A stretch of 64,000 nt of DNA from Chloroflexota bacterium (GCA_027623195.1 JAQBUT010000020.1:1-64000); one strand, 5' to 3'; counted from the stretch's first letter, positions 17,186-28,988 are shown. Translations and numbers: made by a program. The notes: generated by a model not told the origin, from the sequence alone.

Positions 17186-19116
17186 TGCATGGAAGCGCCT
17201 TTCAAGATGTAGCCAGGGGGCAGTCCGACGAGGTAACTTTCGGAAAAATCTACGATAGGCGGGTCATTTTGCGCCTGCTGCCCTACGTAATCCCGTACAA
17301 GAAGTTGGCCCTTATAGCTACCGTCGCCATGCTGGTGTACACGGCTAGCCAGGTTTCGATCCCTTTCATGATCAAGCTTGGGATAGACGACTATATCGAG
17401 ACCAAAGACTTTCCCGGTCTCACAGTGCTGTTCGCGATATTCATTTCCGTGGCCTGCACCAACTGGGTGGCCAACTACGTGCAGCAGCTCTACATGGAAA
17501 AGGTAGGGCAGGGCGTTCTTTACGACCTGCGGCGCACGATGTTCGCCCATCTGCAAAAGCTTTCTTTGTCTTATTACGACAAGACGGAGGTTGGGCGAAT
17601 CATGTCCCGCGTGCAGGGCGACGTTTGGCAGCTTCAGGAGTTCATGAACGTTGTCATCATGACGCTGGCAGACCTTCTCAGCCTCGCCGGCATCATCATT
17701 GTGCTGCTGATAATGAATCTGAAGCTCGGCCTTATAACCATGGCCGTGCTCCCTGTTTTGATAATTATAATGGCGTTTTGGCAGCCATTCGCGGTCAAGG
17801 CGTTCCTTCGGGTGCGTCGCGCCATCTCCATCGTGAACGGCGCGCTTAACGAGAACATCACCGGCGTGCGCGTTGTGCAGGCCATGAACCGCCAGACGCG
17901 CAACCTGGAGCAGTTCGACGAGAAGAATACCGAGCACCTTGAATCCAATCTAGTGGCCAGCAAGCTGTCGTCAGGCCTTATACCGGTCGTGGACATTCTG
18001 ACAGCAGTGGCCATAGGGCTGGCTATCATATTTGGCACCCAACTGGTGTCGGTTAGTGCTCTGGAAGTCGGTGTGCTGGTGGCCTTCATCATGTACGTCC
18101 AACGCTTCTTCGATCCCATCAGAAACCTGACTATGCAGTACACGCAGCTTCAGCGCTCCATGGCGTCCGGCGCTCGAATATTCGAGTTGCTAAACGTACA
18201 ACCGGACCTGGTGGACACCACTGACGCCAGTGAACTTCCCAGGCTAAAGGGCGCTGTGCAACTCAAGAATCTCAGCTTCAGCTATGCGGCGGCCAGCCGG
18301 GATGTTCAAACCCTTGACCGGGAGACCGGCGAGGAACGCAACGGCCATCAGACGAACGGAAACTTGCCCCAGCCGCAGGACGTACTCAAGAACCTTAACC
18401 TGGAGATCAATGCAGGCGAGACTGTGGCCATCGTAGGCCCCACTGGCGCCGGCAAGACCACTCTGGTGTCTCTAATTTCCCGCTTCTATGACGTGCCCAG
18501 GGATCGCGGGGCAATCCTGGTGGATGGCATAGACATCCGCGATGTCACCCGAGAGTCTTTGGCCGGTCAGATGAGCATGGTGCTGCAGGAGCCTTTCCTC
18601 TTCTCAGGCACCGTCAGCGAGAACATCAAGTACAACAGTCTAGAGGTGTCTGATGAGCAGATGTTCGAAGCGGCCAAGGCTGTGGGTGCGCATGACTTCA
18701 TCGTGCAGATGGAGGATGGTTACGACACCTATCTGGCCGAACGCGGCGTAAACGTGAGCCTCGGGCAGCGCCAGCTAATCAGCTTTGCCCGCGCCATCGT
18801 TGCCGACCCGCGCATACTCATTCTGGATGAGGCTACGGCCAACATCGACAGCTATACCGAAATGCTTATTCAGCGAGCGCTCCAGAAGCTATTGCAGGAC
18901 CGCACAGCCATAGTCATAGCGCACCGGCTCTCAACCATTCGCGGCGCGGACAAGATCGTTGTGCTGAACCTGGGCGAGATCATGGAAGTGGGAACCCACG
19001 ACGAGCTCATGGAGAGTGACGGCATGTACGCTCACCTCTACCACATGAATTACGCCTCCATAGAGGCGCCTGAACCCGCCAGCGCCAACGGCGTGTCAAG
19101 CGGGGACGGGGATTAG
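17185..19116 (+). CDS. ABC exporter, permease+ATPase subunit B of a heterodimer
   Basis: TMD + GPTGAGKTT, VSLGQ, ILILDEAT; TAATG coupling with subunit A. Confidence 0.95.
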   Translation: MHGSAFQDVARGQSDEVTFGKIYDRRVILRLLPYVIPYKKLALIATVAMLVYTASQVSIPFMIKLGIDDYIETKDFPGLTVLFAIFISVACTNWVANYVQQLYMEKVGQGVLYDLRRTMFAHLQKLSLSYYDKTEVGRIMSRVQGDVWQLQEFMNVVIMTLADLLSLAGIIIVLLIMNLKLGLITMAVLPVLIIIMAFWQPFAVKAFLRVRRAISIVNGALNENITGVRVVQAMNRQTRNLEQFDEKNTEHLESNLVASKLSSGLIPVVDILTAVAIGLAIIFGTQLVSVSALEVGVLVAFIMYVQRFFDPIRNLTMQYTQLQRSMASGARIFELLNVQPDLVDTTDASELPRLKGAVQLKNLSFSYAAASRDVQTLDRETGEERNGHQTNGNLPQPQDVLKNLNLEINAGETVAIVGPTGAGKTTLVSLISRFYDVPRDRGAILVDGIDIRDVTRESLAGQMSMVLQEPFLFSGTVSENIKYNSLEVSDEQMFEAAKAVGAHDFIVQMEDGYDTYLAERGVNVSLGQRQLISFARAIVADPRILILDEATANIDSYTEMLIQRALQKLLQDRTAIVIAHRLSTIRGADKIVVLNLGEIMEVGTHDELMESDGMYAHLYHMNYASIEAPEPASANGVSSGDGD

Positions 19117-19141
19117 CTTCTTAGATTAGATAGGACTTGCG

Positions 19142-19174
19142 AAAAAGGGCGGGTTATTCACCTGCCCTTTTTTT
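19142..19174 (+). terminator. Intrinsic terminator
   Basis: AAAAAGGGCGGGT/ACCTGCCCTTTTTTT hairpin with T-tract. Confidence 0.85.
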
Positions 19175-19222
19175 CTTTAGTTAGATGACGATCAGACGAT
19201 TTCGGGATGCTGGAATGGCGCC

Positions 19223-19693
19223 ATGACGACTATCTACACCATTGGTCACAGCAACCACAAGTGGGAGACATTCCTGCCGTTACTGAAGCTACACGGCATC
19301 AAACTGCTGGCCGATGTGCGCTCCAGGCCAGTGAGTAGGTTCGCCTCATTCACTAACAAAGGCCGATTCTCAGGACTGTTGGCTCAGGAGAGTATCGAAT
19401 ACCTTTTCATGGGCGAGAGCCTGGGCGGCAAGCCTGAGGACCCTTCGCTTTACGATGATGACGGCAAACCGGACTACGGAAAGATGGCCAGGCACATTGA
19501 TTTCTTGGCGGGTATAGTTGATCTGGTAGCCCTCGCTGAGAAATCGGCAATTGCCATCATGTGCTCGGAGGGAGACCCGGCCCAGTGCCATCGGTCCTTG
19601 CTGATGACCCCGGCCATAGAGGCGCAAGGAGCGGAGGTTCTGCACATTCGTAGGACGGGCGAGGTGACTAACCAACTCCCTATGAATGTGTAG
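19223..19693 (+). CDS. DUF488-family protein
   Basis: IYTIGHSNH, DVRSRP, LGGKP, MCSEGDPAQCHR. Confidence 0.9.
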   Translation: MTTIYTIGHSNHKWETFLPLLKLHGIKLLADVRSRPVSRFASFTNKGRFSGLLAQESIEYLFMGESLGGKPEDPSLYDDDGKPDYGKMARHIDFLAGIVDLVALAEKSAIAIMCSEGDPAQCHRSLLMTPAIEAQGAEVLHIRRTGEVTNQLPMNV

Positions 19694-20446
19694 GTGGTGA
19701 CATTTCGTATTTCCACGCTGAACCTCGAGCAGGACCATAAGCGGTGGGACGAACGCCGATATCTTGTTTTGGCAGAGCTTGGTCGACTTAAGTCCGACGT
19801 TTTCTGCATGAACGAGGTCTGCATACCTCGGCAGACGGGCCGGTGGCTCCAGGTGGAGGGTGGGCGGCACGCAGGCCATGAATACTCACTGGCGCAGCAA
19901 TCTCGGCCAGGAGCTATGTCGCTAGTCGATGGAGAAGGCGTCCTCACTCGGTTCAACATCGTCGAAACGGCCAATCTCGACTATCGCGCCGGCGATGCTG
20001 TGGCGCAGGTGGCGAGACTGCAAGTAGAGGGTAAGCTCGTCGACGTCTACGTCACACACCTTTTCCGCTCGACTGGCGAAGACTCGCTGAGAACTTTTCA
20101 AGCGCAGCGTCTGCTCGAGTGGACGAAAACCAGGGACGATGTGGACGCCAAAATCGTCTGTGGCGACTTTAACGCGACGCTGGACATGCCTTCGGCGGCT
20201 TTGATGGCGTCGGAATTTACACCGACGCAAACTGCGCCAACCGCTTTTACGCCACTGGCAGATGTTGATGGGGAGCCGTCACACCCGTACTGGGAGCGTT
20301 TCGACAGGTGCATCGACTACATATGGGTGTCAGACCACGTGGGTGTAGTGGAGAGCGGCGTCTGCTTCGCGGAGCCCAGCCCAGACGACCCGACATTGTG
20401 GCCATCCGACCACGCGGGCGTATGGGCCGATTTGGAATTCGCCTAG
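19694..20446 (+). CDS. Endonuclease/exonuclease/phosphatase-family protein
   Basis: TLN, NEV, THL, CGDFNA, IDYIW, PSDH motifs. Confidence 0.9.
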   Translation: MVTFRISTLNLEQDHKRWDERRYLVLAELGRLKSDVFCMNEVCIPRQTGRWLQVEGGRHAGHEYSLAQQSRPGAMSLVDGEGVLTRFNIVETANLDYRAGDAVAQVARLQVEGKLVDVYVTHLFRSTGEDSLRTFQAQRLLEWTKTRDDVDAKIVCGDFNATLDMPSAALMASEFTPTQTAPTAFTPLADVDGEPSHPYWERFDRCIDYIWVSDHVGVVESGVCFAEPSPDDPTLWPSDHAGVWADLEFA

Positions 20447-20916
20447 GTCTCTGCTGGTGCGTCAGACCCTTGGCTTCCGCCAAGCGACCCCACCACAGCC
20501 GCCAGTATCATTGCCAATGCCGCCGGGAAGTAGAAGAGCCCAATGGACAACAACCCCAGCAGGCTGAACAGCACTGTAGATATTGTCGATGTCCAGAGTA
20601 GAGAAAGACCCAATCGTGGCTTGCCTCTTAGCAGTATTGAGGCCATGACCGCCGTTGCCGTCAGTGCGACAGGCACCGCAAGAATAGGAATGATGCGTAT
20701 GCCGTTAACGCTGATCAGCGACGAAGAAAAGGTCTCAGGGGGTGCGCCAAGCTCGACCCGAGTTAGAGGCGCGCTACTGGGAAGGTCGCCGGAGTTGACC
20801 GCGACAGCCGTCACGGATTCGCCTGAAGAGGCGGCTTGCCATAAAAGAAGAAACAGGAACGCCGCCCATGCGCATACGTGGGCGAACAGGCTGATGGCTA
20901 AGGCCAGTCTACGCAT
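20443..20916 (-). CDS. Hypothetical membrane protein
   Basis: About four hydrophobic segments; downstream of ruvB on the same strand. Confidence 0.7.
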   Translation of the reverse strand: MRRLALAISLFAHVCAWAAFLFLLLWQAASSGESVTAVAVNSGDLPSSAPLTRVELGAPPETFSSSLISVNGIRIIPILAVPVALTATAVMASILLRGKPRLGLSLLWTSTISTVLFSLLGLLSIGLFYFPAALAMILAAVVGSLGGSQGSDAPAET

Positions 20917-20948
20917 GCCATTCCTCTGTCATTATTGCTATTTCACAC

Positions 20949-21998
20949 CTATTCCGAGCCATTCTGGAACAGGCTGCCTTGCATCGTGTCGTCCGCCTTG
21001 CCCTGGTTGAAGGCGATACCAAAATGCTCGTAGGCGCGACGCGTAGCCACCCTGCCTCGGGGCGTCTTATCCAAAAAGCCTAACTGCAACAGGTAGGGCT
21101 CGTACACGTCCTCGATGGTGTCCGAATCCTCGCTGATGGATGCGGCAATGGTGTCCAGCCCGACGGGACCGCCGTTGAACTTCTCGATTATCGACTTGAG
21201 CACGCTGCGGTCTACGCCGTCCAGTCCCAATTCGTCCACCGCCAGTCCGGTGAGGGCGTCTCGCGCAACGTCTGCGGTGATGACGTCGTTGGCCATAACC
21301 AGAGCGTAGTCGCGCACGCGGCGCAGCAGGCGGTTGGCGATTCGGGGCGTACCTCTGGCGCGGCGCGCGATCTCCTGCAAACCTTCGTCTTCGGACTGAA
21401 TCTCCATGATGCGCGAGGAACGACTCACAATCGTGTTCATCGCGTCGTTGTCGTAGAACTCCAGTCGGTGGACATTGCCGAAGCGGTCTCGTAGGGGAGC
21501 GCTCACCATGCCGAATCGAGTGGTAGCGCCGATGAGAGTGAAAGGCTTGATGCTCAGGTTCATGCTCCTGGCCTTAAGCCCTTTGTCGATAACCCAAGAG
21601 ACAAAGAAATCCTCCATGGCCGGGTAAAGGACCTCTTCCACGGTGCGGCTGAGCCGGTGAATCTCGTCGATGAACAGGATATCGTCCTGCTGCAATTGGG
21701 TGAGGATAGCCACCATGTCGCCGGGCCGCTCAATGGCCGGGCCGGAGGTGACTTTGATACGCACGCCCATCTCAGTAGCCATGATGTTGGCCAGAGTGGT
21801 CTTGCCCAGGCCGGGCGGCCCGTAAAGCAACACGTGGTCCAGGGGCTCCCCCCGCTGCCGTGCCGCCTTGATGCTGATGTCCAACAGCCCTTTGACGGTG
21901 TCCTGGCCTACGTAGTCGCGCAACTGGCGCGGACGCAAGCCGTTATCCAGATTGTGGTCGTCTTCGTGGGGAGCGCCGGAAACCATTCGCTCTGTCAT
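20949..21998 (-). CDS. ruvB: Holliday junction branch migration helicase RuvB
   Basis: [36 protein letters not shown]. Confidence 0.98.
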   Translation of the reverse strand: MTERMVSGAPHEDDHNLDNGLRPRQLRDYVGQDTVKGLLDISIKAARQRGEPLDHVLLYGPPGLGKTTLANIMATEMGVRIKVTSGPAIERPGDMVAILTQLQQDDILFIDEIHRLSRTVEEVLYPAMEDFFVSWVIDKGLKARSMNLSIKPFTLIGATTRFGMVSAPLRDRFGNVHRLEFYDNDAMNTIVSRSSRIMEIQSEDEGLQEIARRARGTPRIANRLLRRVRDYALVMANDVITADVARDALTGLAVDELGLDGVDRSVLKSIIEKFNGGPVGLDTIAASISEDSDTIEDVYEPYLLQLGFLDKTPRGRVATRRAYEHFGIAFNQGKADDTMQGSLFQNGSE

Positions 21999-22036
21999 GT
22001 GGTCACCTGGAAACTGATGGGCTGGAGACGCGTTTA

Positions 22037-22078
22037 GAACGTGTGTTCATTCTATGCTTTGCCGGTCTACACAGTCAA
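22037..22078 (-). promoter_or_regulatory. ruvB sigma70 promoter with LexA (SOS) box
   Basis: Minus strand TTGACT-N18-TAGAAT followed immediately by GAAC-N4-GTTC (22037-22048). Confidence 0.75.
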
Positions 22079-22218
22079 GGAGCTTTCGGCGCTGCCCGAT
22101 GGCCTATAATTGCTGTCAGATATAATCGAATAGGTTGCCCTGCAATCTGGATTGAGGGGATTTAGGCCTTGGCCCATAGGCCTAAATTGCTTTTGGATTC
22201 CTGCGCAACGGTAACCCA

Positions 22219-22794
22219 GTGATCTTAAAAATGTTTTTTCACCAACTAGATGACGACACAGACCTCCACCTGTTGGAAGAACGTCACGCTGATGAGCTGT
22301 TAGTGGCCATCGAAACCAACCGCGAGCACCTTTTGCCCTGGCTGCCGTGGGTGAGCAACGTGAATAATGTTAACGACTCGAAGCGGTACATCGCGGGTAC
22401 GTTGCAGCAGTTCGCCGACGGCAACGGCATGGCCGTGGGCATACGGTACCAGGGCGACCTGGCGGGTGTCGTCAACCTGCATTTCGTTGACAGGTACAGC
22501 CGACGCACGTCGATTGGCTACTGGCTCTGTCAGGAATTTCAGGGCCAGGGGCTAATCACCAAAACGTGCGCCAGGCTGGTGGACCACTCATTCGGTGCGC
22601 TTGAACTCAACAGGGTGGAGATTCGCTGCGCCTCCGAAAACACCAGAAGCAGGGCTATTCCGGCGAGGCTAGGCTTCGAGGAAGAGGGAACCTTGCGCCA
22701 GGCGGAACTCGTAGGTGACAAGCTGATGGATCACGTTGTTTACGGTTTGCTGGCTCATGACTGGGCCGGCTCACAGTCGTTTGGAGTGCAGTAA
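22219..22794 (+). CDS. GNAT acetyltransferase, RimJ/RimL family
   Basis: NREHLLPWLPW, IGYWL, QGQG, NTRSRAIPARLGF, EGTLR. Confidence 0.9.
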   Translation: MILKMFFHQLDDDTDLHLLEERHADELLVAIETNREHLLPWLPWVSNVNNVNDSKRYIAGTLQQFADGNGMAVGIRYQGDLAGVVNLHFVDRYSRRTSIGYWLCQEFQGQGLITKTCARLVDHSFGALELNRVEIRCASENTRSRAIPARLGFEEEGTLRQAELVGDKLMDHVVYGLLAHDWAGSQSFGVQ

Positions 22795-22795
22795 C

Positions 22796-23614
22796 ATGGC
22801 GGACTTTCCAGAGCTTAACAGGGAGACAGGCGAAATCTGGGACCGCAATGCTGATTACTGGGACGAGCGCATGGGTGAAGGCAATTTCTTTCAATCAACG
22901 CTTATCGAACCGGCTCAACTGAGGCTGCTGGCCTTGCAGCCCGGTGAACAGGTGCTGGACATCGCATGTGGCAATGGCCAGTTCGCCCGGAAGATGGCCT
23001 CTCTTGGCGCGCGCGTCGTTGCCAGCGACGTCTCACAGCGGATGGTCGAGCTTGCCCGCAGCCGCACTGACGGCACTGACGCAGATGTTGAATACCACGT
23101 TGCCGACGCTACAGACGAAACCCAGCTATTGGCACTGGCAAGTGAAAAATCTCAAAAATTTGACGCCGTAGTGTGCACTATGGCCCTAATGGACATTGCG
23201 TCTATAGACCCACTGATATCGGCTGCGATCCGCTTGCTTAAGCCCGGGGGACGCTTCGTGTTCTCGGTGATGCACCCCTGCTTCAACTCCGGAGACGGCT
23301 TGACTCGCTCTGTGGACCGAGAGGAACTCGACGGCCAAGCCGTCGAGCGTGGGTACGTTAAAGTCTTCCAATATGGCAAATCTCACACCCACAAAGGCGA
23401 AGCCATGCTGGGCCAGCCCGTGGCGCAAAACTACTTCCCCAGGTCCTTCAGCACGCTGCTAGGTGCATTTTTTCAGCGGGGCTTCGTGATAGATGGCATG
23501 GAGGAGCCGCTCCTGCCGGAGAAGCCGCCCTTCGAACGCAGCCACTTCGAGGCCGCTTACGCCAATATCCCCCCGGCACTGGTGGCGCGAATGCGATTGC
23601 CGTCCGGGGCGTAG
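22796..23614 (+). CDS. Class I SAM-dependent methyltransferase
   Basis: VLDIACGNG, FDAVV, LLKPGGRFVFSVMHPCF; start MADFPEL at 22796. Confidence 0.9.
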   Translation: MADFPELNRETGEIWDRNADYWDERMGEGNFFQSTLIEPAQLRLLALQPGEQVLDIACGNGQFARKMASLGARVVASDVSQRMVELARSRTDGTDADVEYHVADATDETQLLALASEKSQKFDAVVCTMALMDIASIDPLISAAIRLLKPGGRFVFSVMHPCFNSGDGLTRSVDREELDGQAVERGYVKVFQYGKSHTHKGEAMLGQPVAQNYFPRSFSTLLGAFFQRGFVIDGMEEPLLPEKPPFERSHFEAAYANIPPALVARMRLPSGA

Positions 23615-23623
23615 CCTGGCAAA

Positions 23624-23652
23624 TTGACACACATACCGTCGTTGCCTACACT
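23624..23652 (+). promoter_or_regulatory. sigma70 promoter
   Basis: TTGACA-N17-TACACT. Confidence 0.7.
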
Positions 23653-23713
23653 CACATCGTTGGCCGATTAATGGCGCTGGCCAAACAAAATTTCATTGAG
23701 GTCTACTCAAAAA

Positions 23714-24868
<1,155 letters not shown>

Positions 24869-24951
24869 AGATCGCGTCGTCAGGTTGTAAGCCGCCTCGT
24901 AGACGGTTATCATATCGACGCTTGAATTTCTCCCATAGTTAATTTGCGCAA

Positions 24952-25017
24952 GTGGTTCGATAGGCTCACCACGGACGTTCACGCCCAATACCGTTCGCCC
25001 TGAGATTGTCCAAGGGC
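24952..25017 (+). repeat. REP-like palindromic repeat, copy 1
   Basis: GTGGTTCGATAGGCTCACCACGGACG...CCGTTCGCCCTGAGATTGTCCAAGGGC. Confidence 0.7.
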
Positions 25018-25090
25018 AGGTCCATAAATAGCGAATGCTATCCGAATTTAAGACCCTGCCTGAAATCGCCTTTACGGAGAATATGAAAAT

Positions 25091-25990
25091 ATGAGCTGGA
25101 TGCTGGAAAATGACAGCGGCCAGAGTTACGGGGCCCGCCTTCGTGGGCTAATCGATAGCGGCAAGACTCTCTCAGTGCCTGGCGTGCACAACCCGCTGAC
25201 GGGCATGATAGCTCGCAGGGTTGGATTCGACGCACTGTACTTCTCAGGCGCAGCCTTCTCAGCCAGTCTGGGTATACCGGACATCGGTCTGTTCACACTG
25301 GACGAGCTTACCCAGGCCTTGCGCTGGATGGTGAAGGCGTCGAACATGCCCTTCATCGTAGACGCGGACACCGGCTTTGGCGAAGCTCTGAACGTCGTGC
25401 GCACCGTGAAGGATTTGGAGGACGCAGGCGCGGCGGCAATCCAGATCGAGGACCAGGTGCTCCCCAAGCGATGCGGCCACCTGGACGGCAAAACAGTGGT
25501 TTCCCCCGAGGCGTTTGCTGAGAAAATTGCGGCAGCGGTAGGCGCACGCAAAGACACGCTGATCATCGCCCGCACCGACGTTCGTGCTATAGAGGGCATG
25601 GAGTCGGCTATAAAGCGAGGCATCATGTGTCGCGAGGCCGGAGCCGACATTATTTTCCCCGAGGCTATGCAGTCTGAGGAGGAGTTTCGTACCTATGCCG
25701 AAGCCGTCGGAGGCACCATGCTGGCCAACATGACGGAATTCGGCAAAACGCCATACCTCTCCGCCGACCAGTTCCGCGACCTTGGCTATCAGATCGTCAT
25801 TTTCCCGGTGACGACGCTACGGGTGGCAAATAAGATTACCGAAGAGTTGCTGATAGACATCAAGAACAAGGGCACTCAGGTCGACTGGCTGGAGCGCATG
25901 CAGACGCGCCGCGAGCTTTACGACCTCATAGATTACGAGCGGTACCAGGAAATAGACGCAGACCTTTCTTTTGATAAAAAGCCCAAGTAG
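25091..25990 (+). CDS. prpB: Methylisocitrate lyase
   Basis: SGAA, DADTGFG, IEDQVLPKRCGH, ARTD, ANMTEFGKTP, MQTR. Confidence 0.92.
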   Translation: MSWMLENDSGQSYGARLRGLIDSGKTLSVPGVHNPLTGMIARRVGFDALYFSGAAFSASLGIPDIGLFTLDELTQALRWMVKASNMPFIVDADTGFGEALNVVRTVKDLEDAGAAAIQIEDQVLPKRCGHLDGKTVVSPEAFAEKIAAAVGARKDTLIIARTDVRAIEGMESAIKRGIMCREAGADIIFPEAMQSEEEFRTYAEAVGGTMLANMTEFGKTPYLSADQFRDLGYQIVIFPVTTLRVANKITEELLIDIKNKGTQVDWLERMQTRRELYDLIDYERYQEIDADLSFDKKPK

Positions 25991-26007
25991 GGCCAGGAGG
26001 ACACATC

Positions 26008-27162
26008 ATGACAAGTCAATCGTACAGCCCAGGACTCAATGGCATTATCGCGGCGGAAATCGGCGTTTCCCTCTTAGATACCGACTTGGAGCAGATCATC
26101 GTTCGGGGATACGACCTGATCGAACTGGCGCAGAACCTGAACTACACGGACGTTGCGTACCTGGTCATATACGGGCAGCTTCCCACCGAAGAGCAGGGTC
26201 GTCAGTTCTGCCAGACGTTGGCTGAGCAGTCCGAGATCCCCGAAGACCTTTACCGCCTGTTCGAGCTTATGCCCAAGTCTACGGTTGCCATGGACGCTCT
26301 TCGCACGGGCATATCCTTCCTAGCAGGTTATGAGGCCCCGGAACTTTTGCACGACAACTCTCGTGAAGCCAACCTGAAGAAGGGTCTGAAACTCCTGGCG
26401 CAGGTGCCGGCAATCACGGTGAACTCATACAGGGCGCTAAACAACATGCCATTCGTGCGCCCCGACCCGTCGCTGGGCTACATGGAGAACTTCATGTATA
26501 TGCTGCGTGGCGAGAAGCCCGACCCGGTGTCTCTGGACGTCTTCGATCGCATCCACACATGCTATATCGAACACGAGATGCCCAACTCCACCTTCACCGC
26601 CAGGGTGATCGCCTCGACGCTGGCCGATATGTACTGCGCGATGGTCGGATCAGTGGCATCCCTCAAAGGCCCGCTGCACGGCGGCGCCAACGAGGCAGCT
26701 ATCGAGTTTATTCTTGACATACAAAAAGAGGGTGGCCGTCCTCGCGCCGAAGCTTACGTCATGGAGAAGCTGGCGGCCAATGCAAAAATCATGGGCTTTG
26801 GCCACCGGGTCTACATGAAGAAGTACGACCCCCGGGCGAAGTTCCTAATGGAGTACATACCCAAGCTGGCATCCCGTATTCCTGATGGCGAGGAGCTGAC
26901 CTCCATCTACAACACTGTAGAGAAGGTGATGTTCCGGGAGAAGGCGTTGTACCCCAACACCGACTTCCCCATCGGCCTGTTGTACTACGAGTTGGGCATT
27001 CCAGTTCCGCTGTACACTCCAATATTCCTGGCGTCGCGCACGGCGGGCAACATAGCGCACGTTGTGGAGCAGCACGAAAACAACAGCCTGTTCCGTCCCC
27101 GCGTCATCTACAACGGCGCGCGCGGCCTGCACCCGCCGTCGAGCCCCATTTCGCCGGGGTAG
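26008..27162 (+). CDS. prpC: 2-methylcitrate synthase / citrate synthase
   Basis: EHEMPNSTF, KGPLHGGANE, GFGHRVY, YPNTDF; downstream of prpB. Confidence 0.85.
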   Translation: MTSQSYSPGLNGIIAAEIGVSLLDTDLEQIIVRGYDLIELAQNLNYTDVAYLVIYGQLPTEEQGRQFCQTLAEQSEIPEDLYRLFELMPKSTVAMDALRTGISFLAGYEAPELLHDNSREANLKKGLKLLAQVPAITVNSYRALNNMPFVRPDPSLGYMENFMYMLRGEKPDPVSLDVFDRIHTCYIEHEMPNSTFTARVIASTLADMYCAMVGSVASLKGPLHGGANEAAIEFILDIQKEGGRPRAEAYVMEKLAANAKIMGFGHRVYMKKYDPRAKFLMEYIPKLASRIPDGEELTSIYNTVEKVMFREKALYPNTDFPIGLLYYELGIPVPLYTPIFLASRTAGNIAHVVEQHENNSLFRPRVIYNGARGLHPPSSPISPG

Positions 27163-27198
27163 TTTTGGTTATTGGGCCAAACGGCATTTGATTTTGAT

Positions 27199-27234
27199 AA
27201 AGCGAAGGGCGGCCATATGACCGCCCTTCGCTTT
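27199..27234. terminator. Bidirectional intrinsic terminator
   Basis: AAAGCGAAGGGCGG/CCGCCCTTCGCTTT between convergent genes. Confidence 0.85.
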
Positions 27235-27261
27235 GCTTACAACCGATTGCCGAACGGATGC

Positions 27262-28134
27262 CTAAGGTATGGGCGCTTCAATCTCCACAGGCTCGTTGAA
27301 GGCTGATAAATTGGTGATCATGCTGATGGTGGCGTTGCCCTCGCTGCCGCCTAGCGGAATAGGCAGGCCGGGGATAATCTCCGCTATTGCTCCAGGGTCC
27401 AGGGGTATCGCGCCTGTAATTCTCACCTGCCTTATTAGAGAGTCATCCAGCCCTATGTAGATGTTCGTCTCCAGGTCCAATGCGGGGCCGTCAACACCTG
27501 CTGCCTCAGTAGATATGCCCAGAAGGTGTAGCGCCTCTGTGCCGTCCTCCAGCGTCTCCTCACCCACCACTGCTAGGGCCATTGACGTCACGGCGCCCGC
27601 CAGCCCGGTGAACTGTGTTGGGCTGATGTCGCCAATGGCGTTGCCGTCGGTCTTCTCCCACAGACCCGTCTGCGGGTCTGTGACGTAAGACTCCTGACCG
27701 ATGTTGATCATCTCCATCTCCAGCGCGATGAACCCCAAGGAGAGAGCCATCTTCCCCTTCATGCGGTCAGGGGCCTGGTAGTCCCCCTCGAACCTGAACG
27801 GGAACGTCGCCGTTAGTCCTTCCGACTCCATGCCTATTTCCGCCTCCAAGCTAAAGTGAACGGAATCCAGACCATCCAAGGCGTCCAACGCGGCACCTAG
27901 AAGGTCCTCGGCCTTGGCACTGGCTTCGCCGGTGAGCGGCTTCAACGCGACCAGTGACTCTGGCGTAGGAGTGGCCGTGGGCGAAGGCGTAGCCGTCGGA
28001 AGGGGCGTTGCCGTGGGCGGTGGTGTCGCCGTGGCAGTTGGTGTAGCCGTACCCGCGAGAAGTTGAATAGCCGTGTTGCAGCCGAGCGAAGCTGTCACCA
28101 ATACGACCATGATCAGGAGCGCGAAATATTTCAT
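27262..28134 (-). CDS. Lipoprotein, LppX/LprAFG-like, with Thr/Pro-rich linker
   Basis: Lipobox SLGC, (ATP)n repeats, SVHF...GDYQAPDR...FNEPVEIEAP. Confidence 0.75.
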   Translation of the reverse strand: MKYFALLIMVVLVTASLGCNTAIQLLAGTATPTATATPPPTATPLPTATPSPTATPTPESLVALKPLTGEASAKAEDLLGAALDALDGLDSVHFSLEAEIGMESEGLTATFPFRFEGDYQAPDRMKGKMALSLGFIALEMEMINIGQESYVTDPQTGLWEKTDGNAIGDISPTQFTGLAGAVTSMALAVVGEETLEDGTEALHLLGISTEAAGVDGPALDLETNIYIGLDDSLIRQVRITGAIPLDPGAIAEIIPGLPIPLGGSEGNATISMITNLSAFNEPVEIEAPIP

Positions 28135-28335
28135 GTGCTTATGTTACTCCTTTCATCTTTCGCAGCGGTAGCGGCGGGGGCAAGGACCCTGAATGGAACA
28201 AGGGGCGGCAGTATACGCTGAAATGGAGGCGGCTGTCGTGGCACAAGATCGCGGCCATATTTTTTGAGATTGCGCACCACTGGTCACCCTACCATCGGGG
28301 AGGGTATAGCTGGAGGAATCGGGCTACCTCGGCGA

Positions 28336-28364
28336 TTGACAACATCAGTCGACACACATATAGT
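28336..28364 (+). promoter_or_regulatory. sigma70 promoter
   Basis: TTGACA-N17-TATAGT upstream of the cupin gene. Confidence 0.7.
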
Positions 28365-28426
28365 CTGGGACATTCCGATTCCAGCCTCGGAATTGAGGTT
28401 GGATAATTTAAGTTGGAGAGCAAACA

Positions 28427-28822
28427 ATGAGCACTTCCGTTGGAGGCAAGCAGGTTAAAGTGGTACACGGCACACAAGCCGCCAGCACCACTGCTCAGAC
28501 AAGGGGCATGGAACGTCAGCCAGGCATAGATGGGAATACAGCAGGCGCTAGCAAGATATGGCTAGGCAACGTGATCTGCGCTCCCAACACAATGGGCCCC
28601 CCTCATCACCACGGTGAGGCTGAGACTGCAGCGTATGTGGTGAAGGGCCGAATCCGAGTGTACTTCGGTGAGGACTTTAAAGAGTATGAGGAAGCGGGGC
28701 CTGGGGACTTCATCTTCGTGCCTGCACACATACCCCACATTGAGGGCAATCCTTACGATGAGCCGGCAGAGGCAGTCCTATCGCGTGGTCCAGATAATAT
28801 CGTTATCAATTTGGGGGAATGA
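28427..28822 (+). CDS. Cupin-domain protein
   Basis: HHHGEAET and GPGDFIFVPAHIPHIE motifs. Confidence 0.9.
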   Translation: MSTSVGGKQVKVVHGTQAASTTAQTRGMERQPGIDGNTAGASKIWLGNVICAPNTMGPPHHHGEAETAAYVVKGRIRVYFGEDFKEYEEAGPGDFIFVPAHIPHIEGNPYDEPAEAVLSRGPDNIVINLGE

Positions 28823-28988
28823 AGGCTTTAGTATTCGGGTGACTCACTGACCGCTCATTTAGACACTTTTGCCTTCCCAGACCTTGAACCAGGATTGGCC
28901 GGGTGGCTTTCAGCTGAACAATTTCTCGCTGCTGACCGTAACTGCTTTAACTTCGTCGACCTTCTTTGGTCGAATTTGAAGCTTTAGG

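Noticed and set aside
15377..19116. Degenerate Walker B and signature motifs in the ABC pair
   Set aside because: Standard asymmetry of heterodimeric exporters, not pseudogenisation or novelty.
22160..22187. Perfect 10-bp inverted repeat ATTTAGGCCT/AGGCCTAAAT before the GNAT gene
   Set aside because: An isolated hairpin with a weak T-tract; cannot distinguish operator, attenuator or chance.
27960..28055. Tandem-like repeats in the lipoprotein gene (and near 57780-57840)
   Set aside because: They encode Thr/Pro-rich linkers common in Chloroflexota lipoproteins; not an array or contingency locus.
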